From Acidimicrobiia bacterium (GTDB lineage Bacteria; Actinomycetota; Acidimicrobiia; Spongiisociales; ZC4RG35), in the NCBI GenBank assembly GCA_040880765.1, contig JBBDHT010000063.1:21821-84143 (forward strand): DNA of 62,323 bases, given 5' to 3'. The notes below the pieces were generated by a model. The model had not been told where the DNA came from, ran no database searches, and saw only the letters and a program-made list of their open reading frames with translations. A program made the translations under genes and the position numbers. The first letter of the stretch is position 1. Every line of letters starts with the position of its first letter. Below are positions 1 through 9,980 of this stretch, piece after piece.

Positions 1-810
1 CCGGGCACGAGAGATGTGACCGTGCTCGCATCGCTGTTCGCCACGCTCAACGATATGTTTGATGGCCGGACAATCTGTGGAATCGGCCGCGGGGACTCGG
101 CATTGCGCTACATAGGAAAGAAGCCGAAAACACTGGCCGAGATGGTGGAGGCTTCAAGAATCATCAAAGGGCTCGTGGCCGGCGAAGAGGTGCTCTACGA
201 CGAGGAGAAGCTACAGATCCCCTGGGTGGACCCGGGGTGGAAGCTGCCGGTCTGGATGGCGGGATACGGTCCGAAAGCCCTGGCCACGGTGGGCGAGCAC
301 GCCGACGGTTTCATCCTCCAGCTTGCCGACCCACAGGTTCTCGAATGGACAGTTGGAGCGGTCCGCGAAGCTGCCAAAGAGGCGGGCCGTGACCCTTCGG
401 AGATCGACATCTGCGTTGTCGCTCCTGCCTATGTTGGGGAGAACATCGACCACCAGCGCGATCAGCTGCGCTGGTTCGGGGGCATGGTCGGCAACCACGT
501 CCACGACCTGGTCAACCGTTACGGCTCCAACTCGAGCGCTGTGCCCCAGGCCCTCACGGACTACATCAAGGCACGCGAGGGGTACGACTACTCCCACCAT
601 GGCAAGTCAGGGAACAAGTCGACTGAGTTCGTACCCGATGAGATCGTCGATCGTTTCTGCGTTCTGGGCACGGTTGAGCAGCACGTCGAGAAGCTCAAAC
701 TGCTCGAGAGCCTCGGCGTCGACCAATTCGGGATCTACCTCATGCACGACGACAAAGATCGCACACTGGAGCTCTACGGTGAGTCGATAATTCCCGCCGT
801 CAACGCCTGA
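1..810 (+). CDS. Luciferase-like (LLM class) F420-dependent oxidoreductase, 5' end truncated by window edge
   Basis: The frame is open from base 1, with no stop upstream of the GTG at 16. The GIGRGDSALRYIG ... WMAGYGPKAL ... pattern is typical of LLM/F420-dependent oxidoreductases. The N-terminal part appears to lie outside the window. Confidence 0.7.
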   Translation, partial: PGTRDVTVLASLFATLNDMFDGRTICGIGRGDSALRYIGKKPKTLAEMVEASRIIKGLVAGEEVLYDEEKLQIPWVDPGWKLPVWMAGYGPKALATVGEHADGFILQLADPQVLEWTVGAVREAAKEAGRDPSEIDICVVAPAYVGENIDHQRDQLRWFGGMVGNHVHDLVNRYGSNSSAVPQALTDYIKAREGYDYSHHGKSGNKSTEFVPDEIVDRFCVLGTVEQHVEKLKLLESLGVDQFGIYLMHDDKDRTLELYGESIIPAVNA

Positions 811-878
811 ACCGCCGGCCGGGGAAGCAGGTGATTCGTATTGGTCTTGTCACCCCGAAAGCGTAGCCTTGGCGGTCG

Positions 879-2723
879 ATGTCAGTCTCCGATCCCTTAG
901 ACACCACCGTTTCCGTAAAGAGGCTGGGCGAGGGGTGGAGCCTCATCCGCCGCCAGATCAGGCGCGCACCGAAGGAATTTCTGGTCGGAGGCATTGGAAC
1001 AGTCATCTACGCGGTGATGACCATCGTGTCCTCCTATGTGCTCGGTTGGATCACCGATGACATCCTGTTGCCGGCCATCGACGCCGGCGAGGTCGCGGTG
1101 GCTTCTCTCGTCGGGGCCGCAGGGGCCGTCGTGGGGGTCGCCCTGCTCCGAGGCGCCGGGATAACACTGCGTCGTCTCGGCGCGTATCACGCCCAGTTCA
1201 GGCTCCAGTACCGAGACCGCATCGAGGTCACCGATCGCTATCTCCAGTTGCCTGTCGAGTGGCACAGGAAGCACTCGACAGGCCAGCTACTGGCCAACGC
1301 CAATGAAGACGTCGAAGCTGCCTCCTTCATCGCCGCTCCCCTGCCAATGGCGTTCGGTGTTGTTGTCATGCTCGTCATCACCGCGGTCCTTCTCGTGCTC
1401 ACCGATCCGTTTCTCGCCCTCATTGGCTTCTTGGTCGGCCCGGCCCTGTTGGTCGCCAATTACGGCTACCAACGCCGGATGCGCTCTGTCGCAGCCAAAG
1501 CACAGAAGATCAGGGCCGAAGTGGCGGACATCGCCCACGAGTCGTTCGATGCCGCATTGGTGGTAAAGACGCTGGGCCGTGAGGATGCCGAGGGGGGCCG
1601 GTTCGGCGAGCGATCCGACGCATTACGCGACCGCATGGTGGAAGTAGGCCGTCTCCGTGCGATCTTCGACCCGGTCATCGAGGCGCTGCCCAATATCGCC
1701 GTACTCGCCGTACTCGCCGTGGGTGCGATGCGGGTCGATGAGGGAATTCTCTCTCCCGGTGATCTGGTCACCTTCGCATATCTCTTCCGGCTGGTGGCAC
1801 TGCCGATGCGGGTGTTCGGCTGGCTGCTCGGGGAGTTGCCACGCGCCGTTGTCGGGCTCGACCGTGTCGAAACAGTCCTCGCCGAGAGAGGCGAGGTCGA
1901 ATACGGGCTCACGTCACCCCCGGACGGCGGCGGTGCGTCAAGCGCGGCCAGTGGGGTCGGCTACCTGTACCCCGATACCGCACACGAAGACCTCTCATCA
2001 GGCGGGCCGGTGGCAGCCAAACAATCCGATGACCGCGACCGGAGGGGAGTCGACGAGATCACCCTCAATGTTCGGGCCGGCCGCACCGTAGCTCTGGTCG
2101 GACCGACCGGATCAGGCAAGTCGACCATCGCCCATCTTCTCGTCAGGCTCTTTGACCCCGATCGTGGTGTCGTATCGCTCGACGGGCATGGTCTTGTCGA
2201 TATCGAACGCGGCGCCCTCGCCGAATCGGTCAGCATTGTCTTTCAAGAGACTTTCCTCTTCAACGAGTCGGTGTACGAGAACATCACCCTGGGTGAGCCC
2301 TTCTCTCCCGAGGAGGTGTTTGCCGCCGCCAGGCTCGCCCGAGCGCACGATTTCATCCTCGAGCTCGACGACGACTATTCAACGGTCGTTGGGGAGAGGG
2401 GCGCCTCCCTGTCGGGCGGCCAGCGGCAACGAATAGCCCTGGCCCGGGCTCTCGTCCGTAAGCCGAGGCTGCTCGTCCTGGACGACGCTACCTCAGCAGT
2501 CGACCCGTCGGTGGAGGGTGAGATACTCGCCGGTCTGGCCGAGCTCGATACCACGGTGGTGATCGTCGCGTACAGACGATCCTCGATAGTCATGGCGGAT
2601 GAGGTCATCTACATCGAAGACGGTCGGGTGGTGGACCGGGGATCTCACGAGAAGCTCTACCAGTCCGTGGCCGGGTACCGGAGCCTTATAGATGCCTACG
2701 GCCAACTCGAGGAGCCGGCATGA
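879..2723 (+). CDS. ABC exporter, fused permease/ATP-binding subunit (half-transporter 1)
   Basis: N-terminal multi-TM region followed by Walker A GPTGSGKST, signature LSGGQRQRIALARA and Walker B LLVLDDATS. 4-nt overlap with the next gene. Confidence 0.9.
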   Translation: MSVSDPLDTTVSVKRLGEGWSLIRRQIRRAPKEFLVGGIGTVIYAVMTIVSSYVLGWITDDILLPAIDAGEVAVASLVGAAGAVVGVALLRGAGITLRRLGAYHAQFRLQYRDRIEVTDRYLQLPVEWHRKHSTGQLLANANEDVEAASFIAAPLPMAFGVVVMLVITAVLLVLTDPFLALIGFLVGPALLVANYGYQRRMRSVAAKAQKIRAEVADIAHESFDAALVVKTLGREDAEGGRFGERSDALRDRMVEVGRLRAIFDPVIEALPNIAVLAVLAVGAMRVDEGILSPGDLVTFAYLFRLVALPMRVFGWLLGELPRAVVGLDRVETVLAERGEVEYGLTSPPDGGGASSAASGVGYLYPDTAHEDLSSGGPVAAKQSDDRDRRGVDEITLNVRAGRTVALVGPTGSGKSTIAHLLVRLFDPDRGVVSLDGHGLVDIERGALAESVSIVFQETFLFNESVYENITLGEPFSPEEVFAAARLARAHDFILELDDDYSTVVGERGASLSGGQRQRIALARALVRKPRLLVLDDATSAVDPSVEGEILAGLAELDTTVVIVAYRRSSIVMADEVIYIEDGRVVDRGSHEKLYQSVAGYRSLIDAYGQLEEPA

Positions 2724-4546
2724 CCACAACTGCGGTCCAGGAGGAGATGGCTGCACGGCGCTCCCAAGGTGCGTTGCGGACTATCAGGCGTGGCTTGAGC
2801 CTCTCACCTGAATTACGAAGCGGGCTACCCGGGACAATCGCGATCGCACTGGTCGCCACCGCAGGGCGGGTCATCGTCCCCGTGGTGATCCAGCAGATCA
2901 TCGACGGCGGACTCAGCGGAGAACGGGTCGACATGACATTTGTCCTCCAGATGACGACGATCGCTGTCATTGCCGTCCTGGTAACCGCAGGTTTCACGGG
3001 GTGGATGCACCTGCGTCTCGCCAGGGTCTCCGAGACAGCACTATCGGGGCTTCGGATCAGGGCTTTTCGCCACATCCATGACCTCTCGATGCTGCACCAG
3101 GCATCTGAGCAGCGCGGAGTCCTCGTCTCGAGAGTGACGTCGGACGTCGACCAGATCAGCCGCTTCATGCAATGGGGCGGACTGATGCTGCTCACCAACG
3201 GGGGCCAGGCGTTCCTGGCTCTCGTCGTCATGCTCGTGCTCTCGGTCCATCTCGGGCTCGTTGTGGTTGTTCTGGTCCCTTTGATTGCCCTGATGATCAA
3301 GTGGTTCCAGAGTCGCCTTGAAATCGCCTACCTGACAGTGAGGGAGAAAGTGGGTCGGATGCTGGCTCGTCTCGCCGAGACCGTGGTTGGGGCCCCCGTC
3401 ATCCGTGCTTACGGAGTGGAGGAACGAACCAGGGTTCAGCTCGAAGAGGCAATCGAGGCCCACCGCTCGTCAGCCGTTCATGCCGGGCGTCTCTCCGCTG
3501 CCTTCTCCGGTGCTGCCGAGGTGTCCTCTGCGGTGGTGGTCGCCGCAGTTGTCGTGGCTGGAACCATCCTGGCGGTCAATGGAACCACCACTATCGGAAC
3601 CGTCGTCGCCTACCTGTTCCTCGTTCAGCTGTTCGTTCAACCGGTTCAAATGCTCGGTGAGGCGGTCAACGAAGCGCAGACCGCGGTTGCCGGTTGGCGT
3701 CGCGTCCTCGACATCCTCGACATTGCCCCCGACGTTGCCGATCCCGGCCGTGAGGGTGTGGAGCTTCCCCACCAACCACTGGGGGCCAGTTTTGACCGGG
3801 TGGTGTTCCGGTATCCCCGCCCAGGTCAATCCGCATCCGAGGCTCTGGCCGAGCCCGCACTACAGAAGACGAGTGTGACCCTCGTACCGGAGCAGAGTGT
3901 TGCCATCGTCGGCGAGACCGGCTCCGGCAAGACCACTTTTGCCAAACTGTTGACCAGGCTGATGGATCCCACGGAGGGCTCGGTGAGCATCGCGGGCACC
4001 GACCTTCGCAACGTCCGCTTCGCCTCACTCCGTGACCGGGTGGTGATGGTCCCCCAGGAGGGAACCCTGTTCCGGGGCACGATCGCCGACAACGTGCGTA
4101 TGGGCCGTCCCGGTGCTACAGAACAAGAGCTGTTGGCAACCTTCGACCGCCTCGGGCTCAGAGACTGGCTCAACGAACTGTCCCAAGGCCTGGCCACCCA
4201 GGTCGGCGAGAGAGGAAACGCCCTTTCAGTTGGTGAGCGGCAGTTGGTCACACTGGTTCGAGCATCCATTGCCGATCCCGACCTCCTGGTGCTCGACGAG
4301 GCGACATCCGCTGTCGATCCGGCCACCGAGATGAGAATCAGCAGGACTCTCAAAGAGCTGACCTCCGGGCGCACTGTGGTGACCATCGCACACAGGATCT
4401 CGACCGCAGAGAGCTCCGACCGCGTTCTGGTCTTTGACGGTGGCCGGATCGTTCAGGACGGTACCCACGCTCAGCTGGTCGCTGAAGGTGGAGTGTACGG
4501 CAGGCTCAACGAGTCCTGGCAGCGCGGAACCACCCCAGCCACGTGA
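2720..4546 (+). CDS. ABC exporter, fused permease/ATP-binding subunit (half-transporter 2, likely heterodimer partner)
   Basis: TM region followed by Walker A GETGSGKTT, degenerate signature LSVGERQLVTLVRA and Walker B LLVLDEATS. Start overlaps the stop of the upstream gene. Confidence 0.9.
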   Translation: MTTTAVQEEMAARRSQGALRTIRRGLSLSPELRSGLPGTIAIALVATAGRVIVPVVIQQIIDGGLSGERVDMTFVLQMTTIAVIAVLVTAGFTGWMHLRLARVSETALSGLRIRAFRHIHDLSMLHQASEQRGVLVSRVTSDVDQISRFMQWGGLMLLTNGGQAFLALVVMLVLSVHLGLVVVVLVPLIALMIKWFQSRLEIAYLTVREKVGRMLARLAETVVGAPVIRAYGVEERTRVQLEEAIEAHRSSAVHAGRLSAAFSGAAEVSSAVVVAAVVVAGTILAVNGTTTIGTVVAYLFLVQLFVQPVQMLGEAVNEAQTAVAGWRRVLDILDIAPDVADPGREGVELPHQPLGASFDRVVFRYPRPGQSASEALAEPALQKTSVTLVPEQSVAIVGETGSGKTTFAKLLTRLMDPTEGSVSIAGTDLRNVRFASLRDRVVMVPQEGTLFRGTIADNVRMGRPGATEQELLATFDRLGLRDWLNELSQGLATQVGERGNALSVGERQLVTLVRASIADPDLLVLDEATSAVDPATEMRISRTLKELTSGRTVVTIAHRISTAESSDRVLVFDGGRIVQDGTHAQLVAEGGVYGRLNESWQRGTTPAT

Positions 4547-4563
4547 AGGCAGGCTGACTACCA

Positions 4564-5517
4564 ATGAGACGGGAACTGCTAGCGGTCGTCGCGCTGGTAG
4601 CGGGCTGCACGACGCCGCAGCCGGCAGACACACCCGAAGCGGCGACGACAACGGTTGAGTTGGTGACCACCACCACCTCATCTGGGGCCGTCTCCACCTC
4701 CGCGACGGCCGCCACTACCACGACATCGACGGCTACCACCGCGGCGGAGGCATACCCGGGGGAATCAAGAGGTGCGTGTCGCCCGGACCCCTTCACCGGA
4801 AATGTCAGAGCAGACCTGGCTCAACGCTTTTCGGGTCGCGACATCACCGCCCACGTTTACGACCTCCGCACCGGCTGTGAGTATTCACTGAACCCCGACA
4901 ACCGCCAGAGAACAGCATCGGTATTCAAGGTACTGGTCATGGCGGGAACGCTTCTAGAAGCCCAGAACGACGGTCGGGACCCGACCGACTCCGAAATGAC
5001 CCGACTCGTCCCGATGATCACCGAGTCTGCGAACTGGCCGGTTCGCTCATTGTGGAGGTCGTTTGGCGGGACTCCGTGGTTCCGGGAGATGGGAGAAGTG
5101 TTTGGCCTGACAGAGACCACTATCACCGCCGATGCCGGCACCGCATGGGGTGCCACCAGGACGTCTTCTTCTGACCAGGTTGAGCTTCTCCGGCAGGTGC
5201 TCCTCGGAGAGGGCAGACTGCTCGACGAGGACTCCCGGATGGCGGCTCTGGTCCTGATGACCAGCGTGGTAGATGAACAGAGCTGGGGAGTCACCGCCGG
5301 CGTCCCTCGATCGTGGACTGTCGCCCAGAAAAACGGGTTCGCGGGGCGGATCATCAACTCGGTTGGATGGGTCGATCCTCCCGGCGCCGAAGAAGGCTAC
5401 GTCGTGGCGATCCTCACCTACGGCTGGCCAAACCACCCGACCGGAATTGCCGCTGTTGAACATATCAATGTCCTGGTCGCTGAATCGATGATCGACACCT
5501 TTCCCGGCGCCGAGTAG
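4564..5517 (+). CDS. Class A beta-lactamase-related serine hydrolase, predicted lipoprotein
   Basis: Signal peptide with lipobox (LVAGC) and a Thr/Ala-rich linker. Motifs S-V-F-K (SxxK), S-A-N (SxN) and K-N-G (KTG-like) occur in the expected order. Confidence 0.6.
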   Translation: MRRELLAVVALVAGCTTPQPADTPEAATTTVELVTTTTSSGAVSTSATAATTTTSTATTAAEAYPGESRGACRPDPFTGNVRADLAQRFSGRDITAHVYDLRTGCEYSLNPDNRQRTASVFKVLVMAGTLLEAQNDGRDPTDSEMTRLVPMITESANWPVRSLWRSFGGTPWFREMGEVFGLTETTITADAGTAWGATRTSSSDQVELLRQVLLGEGRLLDEDSRMAALVLMTSVVDEQSWGVTAGVPRSWTVAQKNGFAGRIINSVGWVDPPGAEEGYVVAILTYGWPNHPTGIAAVEHINVLVAESMIDTFPGAE

Positions 5518-5553
5518 CTCCTGGACCAGACAACGGCGGTACCGTGGGGTCCG

Positions 5554-6336
5554 ATGGAATCTGCATTGACGAAAGAAGAGATCGCTGCGGACTGGTTGCC
5601 CCGCTACACCGGCATGCCGGTTTCCGAATTCGGCGATTACATCTTGCTTACCAACTTCAAGAGTTACGTGGACGGATTCGCCCGGCGTTTCGACTGTGAA
5701 GTCACGGGGCAGGGACGGCCGATGCAGGCTGCCAGCAACGGCGAAGGCCTCACAATCGTCAACTTCGGGATCGGTACAGCGAACGCGGCGACGATCATGG
5801 ATCTCCTGGTGGCGCGGCAACCGGAAGGTGTCCTGTTCCTCGGCAAGTGCGGCGGTCTGAAGCAATCGACCGAGATCGGACACTTCATACTCCCAATCGC
5901 TGCAATTCGCGGGGAAGGAACCTCGGATGACTATTACCCTCCGGAGGTGCCGGCACTCCCTTCGTTCAAGCTGCACAAATTCGTCTCGGAAAAGATCGTC
6001 GAGCGCGACCTCGACTACCGGACCGGCGTTGTCTATACCGCGAACCGTCGGCTCTGGGAGCACGACCTGGACTTCCTCGAGCGGCTCCGTCGACTCACGG
6101 CGATTGCAATCGATATGGAGACAGCGACCATCTTCATCGTCGGTCACCACAATCAAATCTCCCGTGGCGCCCTGCTTCTCGTCTCTGACGTCCCGACCAC
6201 ACCGGAGGGGGTAAAGACCGAAGAGAGCGATCTCCGGGTCACTGCCGATTGGTCCGAGATCCACCTCGACATCGGCATCTCCGCGATGAGCGATATCTCG
6301 AGTGAGGGCGAAGCGATCAAACACTTCACTTTCTAA
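5554..6336 (+). CDS. Nucleoside phosphorylase family protein (short AMP nucleosidase-like)
   Basis: PNP/UDP_1-type pattern: GIGTANAATIMDLL, LFLGKCGGL, AIDMETATI. The size (~260 aa) fits the short actinobacterial AMP-nucleosidase-like proteins. Confidence 0.6.
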   Translation: MESALTKEEIAADWLPRYTGMPVSEFGDYILLTNFKSYVDGFARRFDCEVTGQGRPMQAASNGEGLTIVNFGIGTANAATIMDLLVARQPEGVLFLGKCGGLKQSTEIGHFILPIAAIRGEGTSDDYYPPEVPALPSFKLHKFVSEKIVERDLDYRTGVVYTANRRLWEHDLDFLERLRRLTAIAIDMETATIFIVGHHNQISRGALLLVSDVPTTPEGVKTEESDLRVTADWSEIHLDIGISAMSDISSEGEAIKHFTF

Positions 6337-6378
6337 AGCCTCTGAAGCCTCCGATCGAAATCAACTACGCTCGGTGTC

Positions 6379-7002
6379 ATGTGGATACGAAGTGATGATT
6401 TTGCAGACGGTGGGTCAATTCCCGGAGACAATGCCTTCAATGTGATCGACCCCGACGACCATGCGAGATTCGGAGGGAATGTGAACCCTCACCTGGAGTG
6501 GGGTGATGTCCCGGACGGTGTGCGTTCCTTTGCTCTGCTGGTGATCGATGTCGATGTGCCGACCTCGCCCGATGATGTCAACAAGGAAGGGCGCGAGGTG
6601 CCCGAGGACCTTCCTCGAACCGACTTCACCCATTGGGCGCTGATCGACCTCGATCCCGGCTCCCGATCTCTGGCAAGAGGCGCCTACTCCGAGGGGGTCA
6701 CCAAGGGAGGGAAACCCGGCCTCTCCGATGGCCCGCGGGAGGGTGTGAACGATTACACCAGTTGGTTCGCCGGCGATCCAGACTTGGGAGGCACCTACAA
6801 GGGATACGATGGGCCCTGCCCGCCCTGGAACGACTCCCTGATCCACCATTACGTCTTCACCCTCTACGCCCTCGACGTTCCCACCCTCGAGTTGACCGGG
6901 GATTTCACTGCGTCCGACGTCGAAGATGCCATGGAAGGCCATATCCTCGACTCCGCCGAGATCACCGGCACCTACACGTTGAATCCGAGGCTCGCCAGCT
7001 GA
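6379..7002 (+). CDS. YbhB/YbcL family Raf-kinase-inhibitor-like (PEBP) protein
   Basis: GGNVNPHLEW and HHYVFTLYALD motifs are typical of bacterial PEBP proteins. Confidence 0.75.
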   Translation: MWIRSDDFADGGSIPGDNAFNVIDPDDHARFGGNVNPHLEWGDVPDGVRSFALLVIDVDVPTSPDDVNKEGREVPEDLPRTDFTHWALIDLDPGSRSLARGAYSEGVTKGGKPGLSDGPREGVNDYTSWFAGDPDLGGTYKGYDGPCPPWNDSLIHHYVFTLYALDVPTLELTGDFTASDVEDAMEGHILDSAEITGTYTLNPRLAS

Positions 7003-7003
7003 A

Positions 7004-8056
7004 TCATGTCAGGCCGGGGTCCTCGCAGACACTTCCGCTGATTCCCCGATTTGGCGTGAAGGCTCGCGTCGCTGCGACAAAACCGCTGCCGGGGTCATCC
7101 GTCTCCAGATATGCCGAAATCGCGTCAGCGATTGCCTCTGCGGCAACAGCCACATACTCATCGGTGGTGAACAACTCAGCTTCGGGGCGGTTGGATATGT
7201 AACCGAGTTCGGCGAGAACAGACACAGTCTCGGGGTTGCGCAGCATACCGTAGGCATCGGTACCCCTGGTGTTGAGAACTTCGAGCACTCCCGCATCGGG
7301 CGCGCTGGACCAAACGATCTTGAAAGCACTCAATGCTTCGATCAGATACTCATAGACCAGGCCCCCGAGACGGCGTGAGTCATCAGATGTGCTCTGGACG
7401 AAGACTTCCGCTCCTGGCTCGGTGCCCAGGTTGGCGGTCGGCGCATTGTGATGGATCGAAACCATCAATTTCGCCCCGGCCTGGTCGGCCAACGCAGCGC
7501 GAGCTCCGAGCGTGCTCGAGTAGTTCGCTGTTCTGGTGAGAACCGAGTTGATGCCCCGGTCAGTGAGTATCTGCTGCACCACCCGGGATACCCTCAGATT
7601 GATCTGCTCCTCGGTAAGCCCGTTGCCACCGACCGCCCCCGGATCGGGAGAGCCCCCGTGGCCCGGGTCGATGACGACTTCTATGTCGCTCACCGGAGTT
7701 CCATCGCTGATCGTCGTCTCGACCCCGCACGGTGTCCTGATAAGGAATCTGTCGCCTTCCTGGTCGAGTAACGCAACCACCACCCCGGATGGAGTGATCA
7801 GCACACCGGCCGAGGCCGGTAATGTGTTCGGCGGGGAGGTTGTCAAGGGGGCGTCGGTTGTTGTCGTTGTCGTGGTGGAAGCCGCGGCCGATGGAGTGCT
7901 GATTTCCGACCCGAAATCCCTCGAGATGGGCGGTGTGGTCGCGGCCAGCGAACAAGCGGAGAGAGTGATAACAGCGACACCCACGGTGAGCCATCGACGT
8001 ATGGACCTCGCTCTTCTTGCCGGATTAGACAGCTGCTCGTGAGGTTTGGAACGCAC
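7004..8056 (-). CDS. N-acetylmuramoyl-L-alanine amidase (Amidase_3), predicted lipoprotein
   Basis: Lipobox LSAC and a poly-Thr linker. VIDPGHGGSPDPGAVG, SIHHNA and LAELGYISN are typical of the AmiC/CwlD-type amidase domain. Confidence 0.8.
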   Translation of the reverse strand: MRSKPHEQLSNPARRARSIRRWLTVGVAVITLSACSLAATTPPISRDFGSEISTPSAAASTTTTTTTDAPLTTSPPNTLPASAGVLITPSGVVVALLDQEGDRFLIRTPCGVETTISDGTPVSDIEVVIDPGHGGSPDPGAVGGNGLTEEQINLRVSRVVQQILTDRGINSVLTRTANYSSTLGARAALADQAGAKLMVSIHHNAPTANLGTEPGAEVFVQSTSDDSRRLGGLVYEYLIEALSAFKIVWSSAPDAGVLEVLNTRGTDAYGMLRNPETVSVLAELGYISNRPEAELFTTDEYVAVAAEAIADAISAYLETDDPGSGFVAATRAFTPNRGISGSVCEDPGLT

Positions 8057-8079
8057 GAACCGACGTTAATGTCTCTTTG

Positions 8080-8250
8080 ATGTTTGGTCCGCTCAATGGA
8101 GTTCGCACCGCCCTGGTCGTAGCCGCAGCCGTCGCTGCCATCGCTTCCTTCGTCGTGGGGGCCCCGGTTGCAGGTGCGGTGCTCCTGGCTGCAGTGCTGG
8201 TGCACGGGCTGGGTTGGCTCTACCTCTACGGCCAACGGGAGAAGCTCTAG
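8080..8250 (+). CDS. Small hypothetical membrane protein (56 aa, two predicted TM helices); not in the ORF track
   Basis: My translation: MFGPLNGVRTALVVAAAVAAIASFVVGAPVAGAVLLAAVLVHGLGWLYLYGQREKL. It shows a strong G/C third-position bias like the neighbouring genes and fills an otherwise empty 200-nt gap. Confidence 0.4.
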   Translation: MFGPLNGVRTALVVAAAVAAIASFVVGAPVAGAVLLAAVLVHGLGWLYLYGQREKL

Positions 8251-8258
8251 GAGCCTGG

Positions 8259-9980
8259 TCAGCCACCGATGGCCGATGTCAACCTCGCGGCCACCTGACG
8301 GGCCGCATCCTCGGCTGATCGAAGCAATCTGTCCCGGTCGGCATGGATCGACTCACGAGCCCCCGCCTCCTCTCTTAGGTCGATGTAGATCTTGAGTTTT
8401 GGCTCGGTGCCGCTGGGCCGGACAAGCACGCGGCCCGATTCTCCTAGTTCGATTTCGACCAGGTGCTGCTCGCCCAACCACGCTGGCCTGGAATCGGCTC
8501 CATGCCGGTAGTCGATAACTGACGAGACGGGGTGCCCGTTCACCTCTGCCGGTGGGTTGGCAGCTATGTAGTCAACCGCGGCAAGGATTTCTGCCTGGCC
8601 CTCTTCTCCCGGCCGGAGGATCGATTGCTGGCTGCTCACCCAGATTCCATGCTCCAGCCATAGATCGGCCAGTGTGTCGAGCAGGGTGCGACCGGACTCC
8701 GCCTCGAGCGCTGCGATGTCGGCAAGCGCCAGCGCTGCCGAGATCCCGTCTTTGTCCCGCACGGTTCGCCCGACTGTGTATCCGAGCGCTTCCTCGTAGC
8801 CGAAAGCGAAGATACCCTTCCCGTCTGCCTCTGCGGCCAGGGCCGCGTTGGCGATCCATTTGAACCCGGTGAGCGTTGTCAGATGAAACGCTCTCGCGGC
8901 GCCGGCCATCTGCGCCAGCATGGGACTCGACACAACAGAACAAGCGGTGATCGGGGTGTCGCTACCGCGCCAGTTCTCGAGCACATACGACCCCAGTATC
9001 ACGCCAAGCTCATTCCCGGTGAATAGCCGCCAACCGGAGTCAGTCGGGATCGCTGCCGCGAGGCGGTCGCCGTCCGGATCATTGCCGATGACAAGATCGG
9101 CACCGGACGCGTCGCCAGCAGCCAGAGCCAGGTCGAGTGCTCCGGGCTCCTCCGGGTTGGGAAAGTCGACGGTCGGAAACGATCCGTCCGGATCGAATTG
9201 CTCCGCAACCGGTGTCAGCTGCTGATGGGAGGTTCTCCCGAAGATGTTCATCAGTGTGCGGCCGCCCACCCCGTGGAGCGGCGTGTACACGATCTTCACG
9301 GTGGTGGCGGGCTTGTGTGGTCGGCTATCGTCCACTTCCCTCCAGTAATCGTCGACGATCGAATCCGAAATCGGCTCGATCAGGTGGTGGGATTCGGTGA
9401 AAGCGGCTTCCAGTCGCGACACTTCGTCCGCGGCTCCCACCCTGCCGATGGCCGCTGAGATCGCGGTGTCGGTGGGAGGGATGATTTGGGCCGCATTCGA
9501 GTCGTACACCTTGTAACCGTTGTCGGCTGGTGGGTTGTGACTGGCGGTGACGACAATCGCCGCTGTCGCGGAGAGGTGCTTTGCCGCAAAGGCGACAAGT
9601 GGCGTGGGGGCGTAATCAGGGAAGTACCGGACGGGGATTCCGGCGGCGGCGAGGACTCCGGCTGCATCCTCGGCGAACTGACGGCTGGTCGGGCGGGCGT
9701 CGAATCCGAGCACGACGGCACCCGGTGAGGCCCCTTCCCTCTCGAGGAGGAAATCGGCAAGGCCGCGTGTGGTTCGGATCACCACGGCGCGATTCATCCT
9801 GCTCGGACCCGGTCCCACCGCGCCCCGGATTCCCGCCGTCCCGAACTCGAGCGGAGAGCCCATGACCTGACTCAGGGATCCTTCATCACCCGATTCGATC
9901 AGAGCCCGGAGCTCGGCGGCGGTCTCCGGATCGGGGTCATGGTCTGCCCACTCCCCCGCCCTTTCGAGAAGGTCGCTCAT
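8259..9980 (-). CDS. Phospho-sugar mutase (phosphomannomutase/phosphoglucomutase family)
   Basis: Active-site TASHNPPADNGYKVY and metal site GNDPDGDRL. I trimmed the start to MSDLLERAGEW (ATG at 9980), which gives an ATGA overlap with the galE stop. Confidence 0.85.
   Translation of the reverse strand: MSDLLERAGEWADHDPDPETAAELRALIESGDEGSLSQVMGSPLEFGTAGIRGAVGPGPSRMNRAVVIRTTRGLADFLLEREGASPGAVVLGFDARPTSRQFAEDAAGVLAAAGIPVRYFPDYAPTPLVAFAAKHLSATAAIVVTASHNPPADNGYKVYDSNAAQIIPPTDTAISAAIGRVGAADEVSRLEAAFTESHHLIEPISDSIVDDYWREVDDSRPHKPATTVKIVYTPLHGVGGRTLMNIFGRTSHQQLTPVAEQFDPDGSFPTVDFPNPEEPGALDLALAAGDASGADLVIGNDPDGDRLAAAIPTDSGWRLFTGNELGVILGSYVLENWRGSDTPITACSVVSSPMLAQMAGAARAFHLTTLTGFKWIANAALAAEADGKGIFAFGYEEALGYTVGRTVRDKDGISAALALADIAALEAESGRTLLDTLADLWLEHGIWVSSQQSILRPGEEGQAEILAAVDYIAANPPAEVNGHPVSSVIDYRHGADSRPAWLGEQHLVEIELGESGRVLVRPSGTEPKLKIYIDLREEAGARESIHADRDRLLRSAEDAARQVAARLTSAIGG

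Noticed and set aside
5047-6324. 425-aa minus-strand ORF spanning the lipoprotein and nucleoside-phosphorylase genes
   Set aside because: It is antisense to two well-supported plus-strand genes. Its composition is Arg/Pro/Gly-rich and low-complexity, as expected for a spurious antisense frame in high-GC DNA. No motif was recognised.
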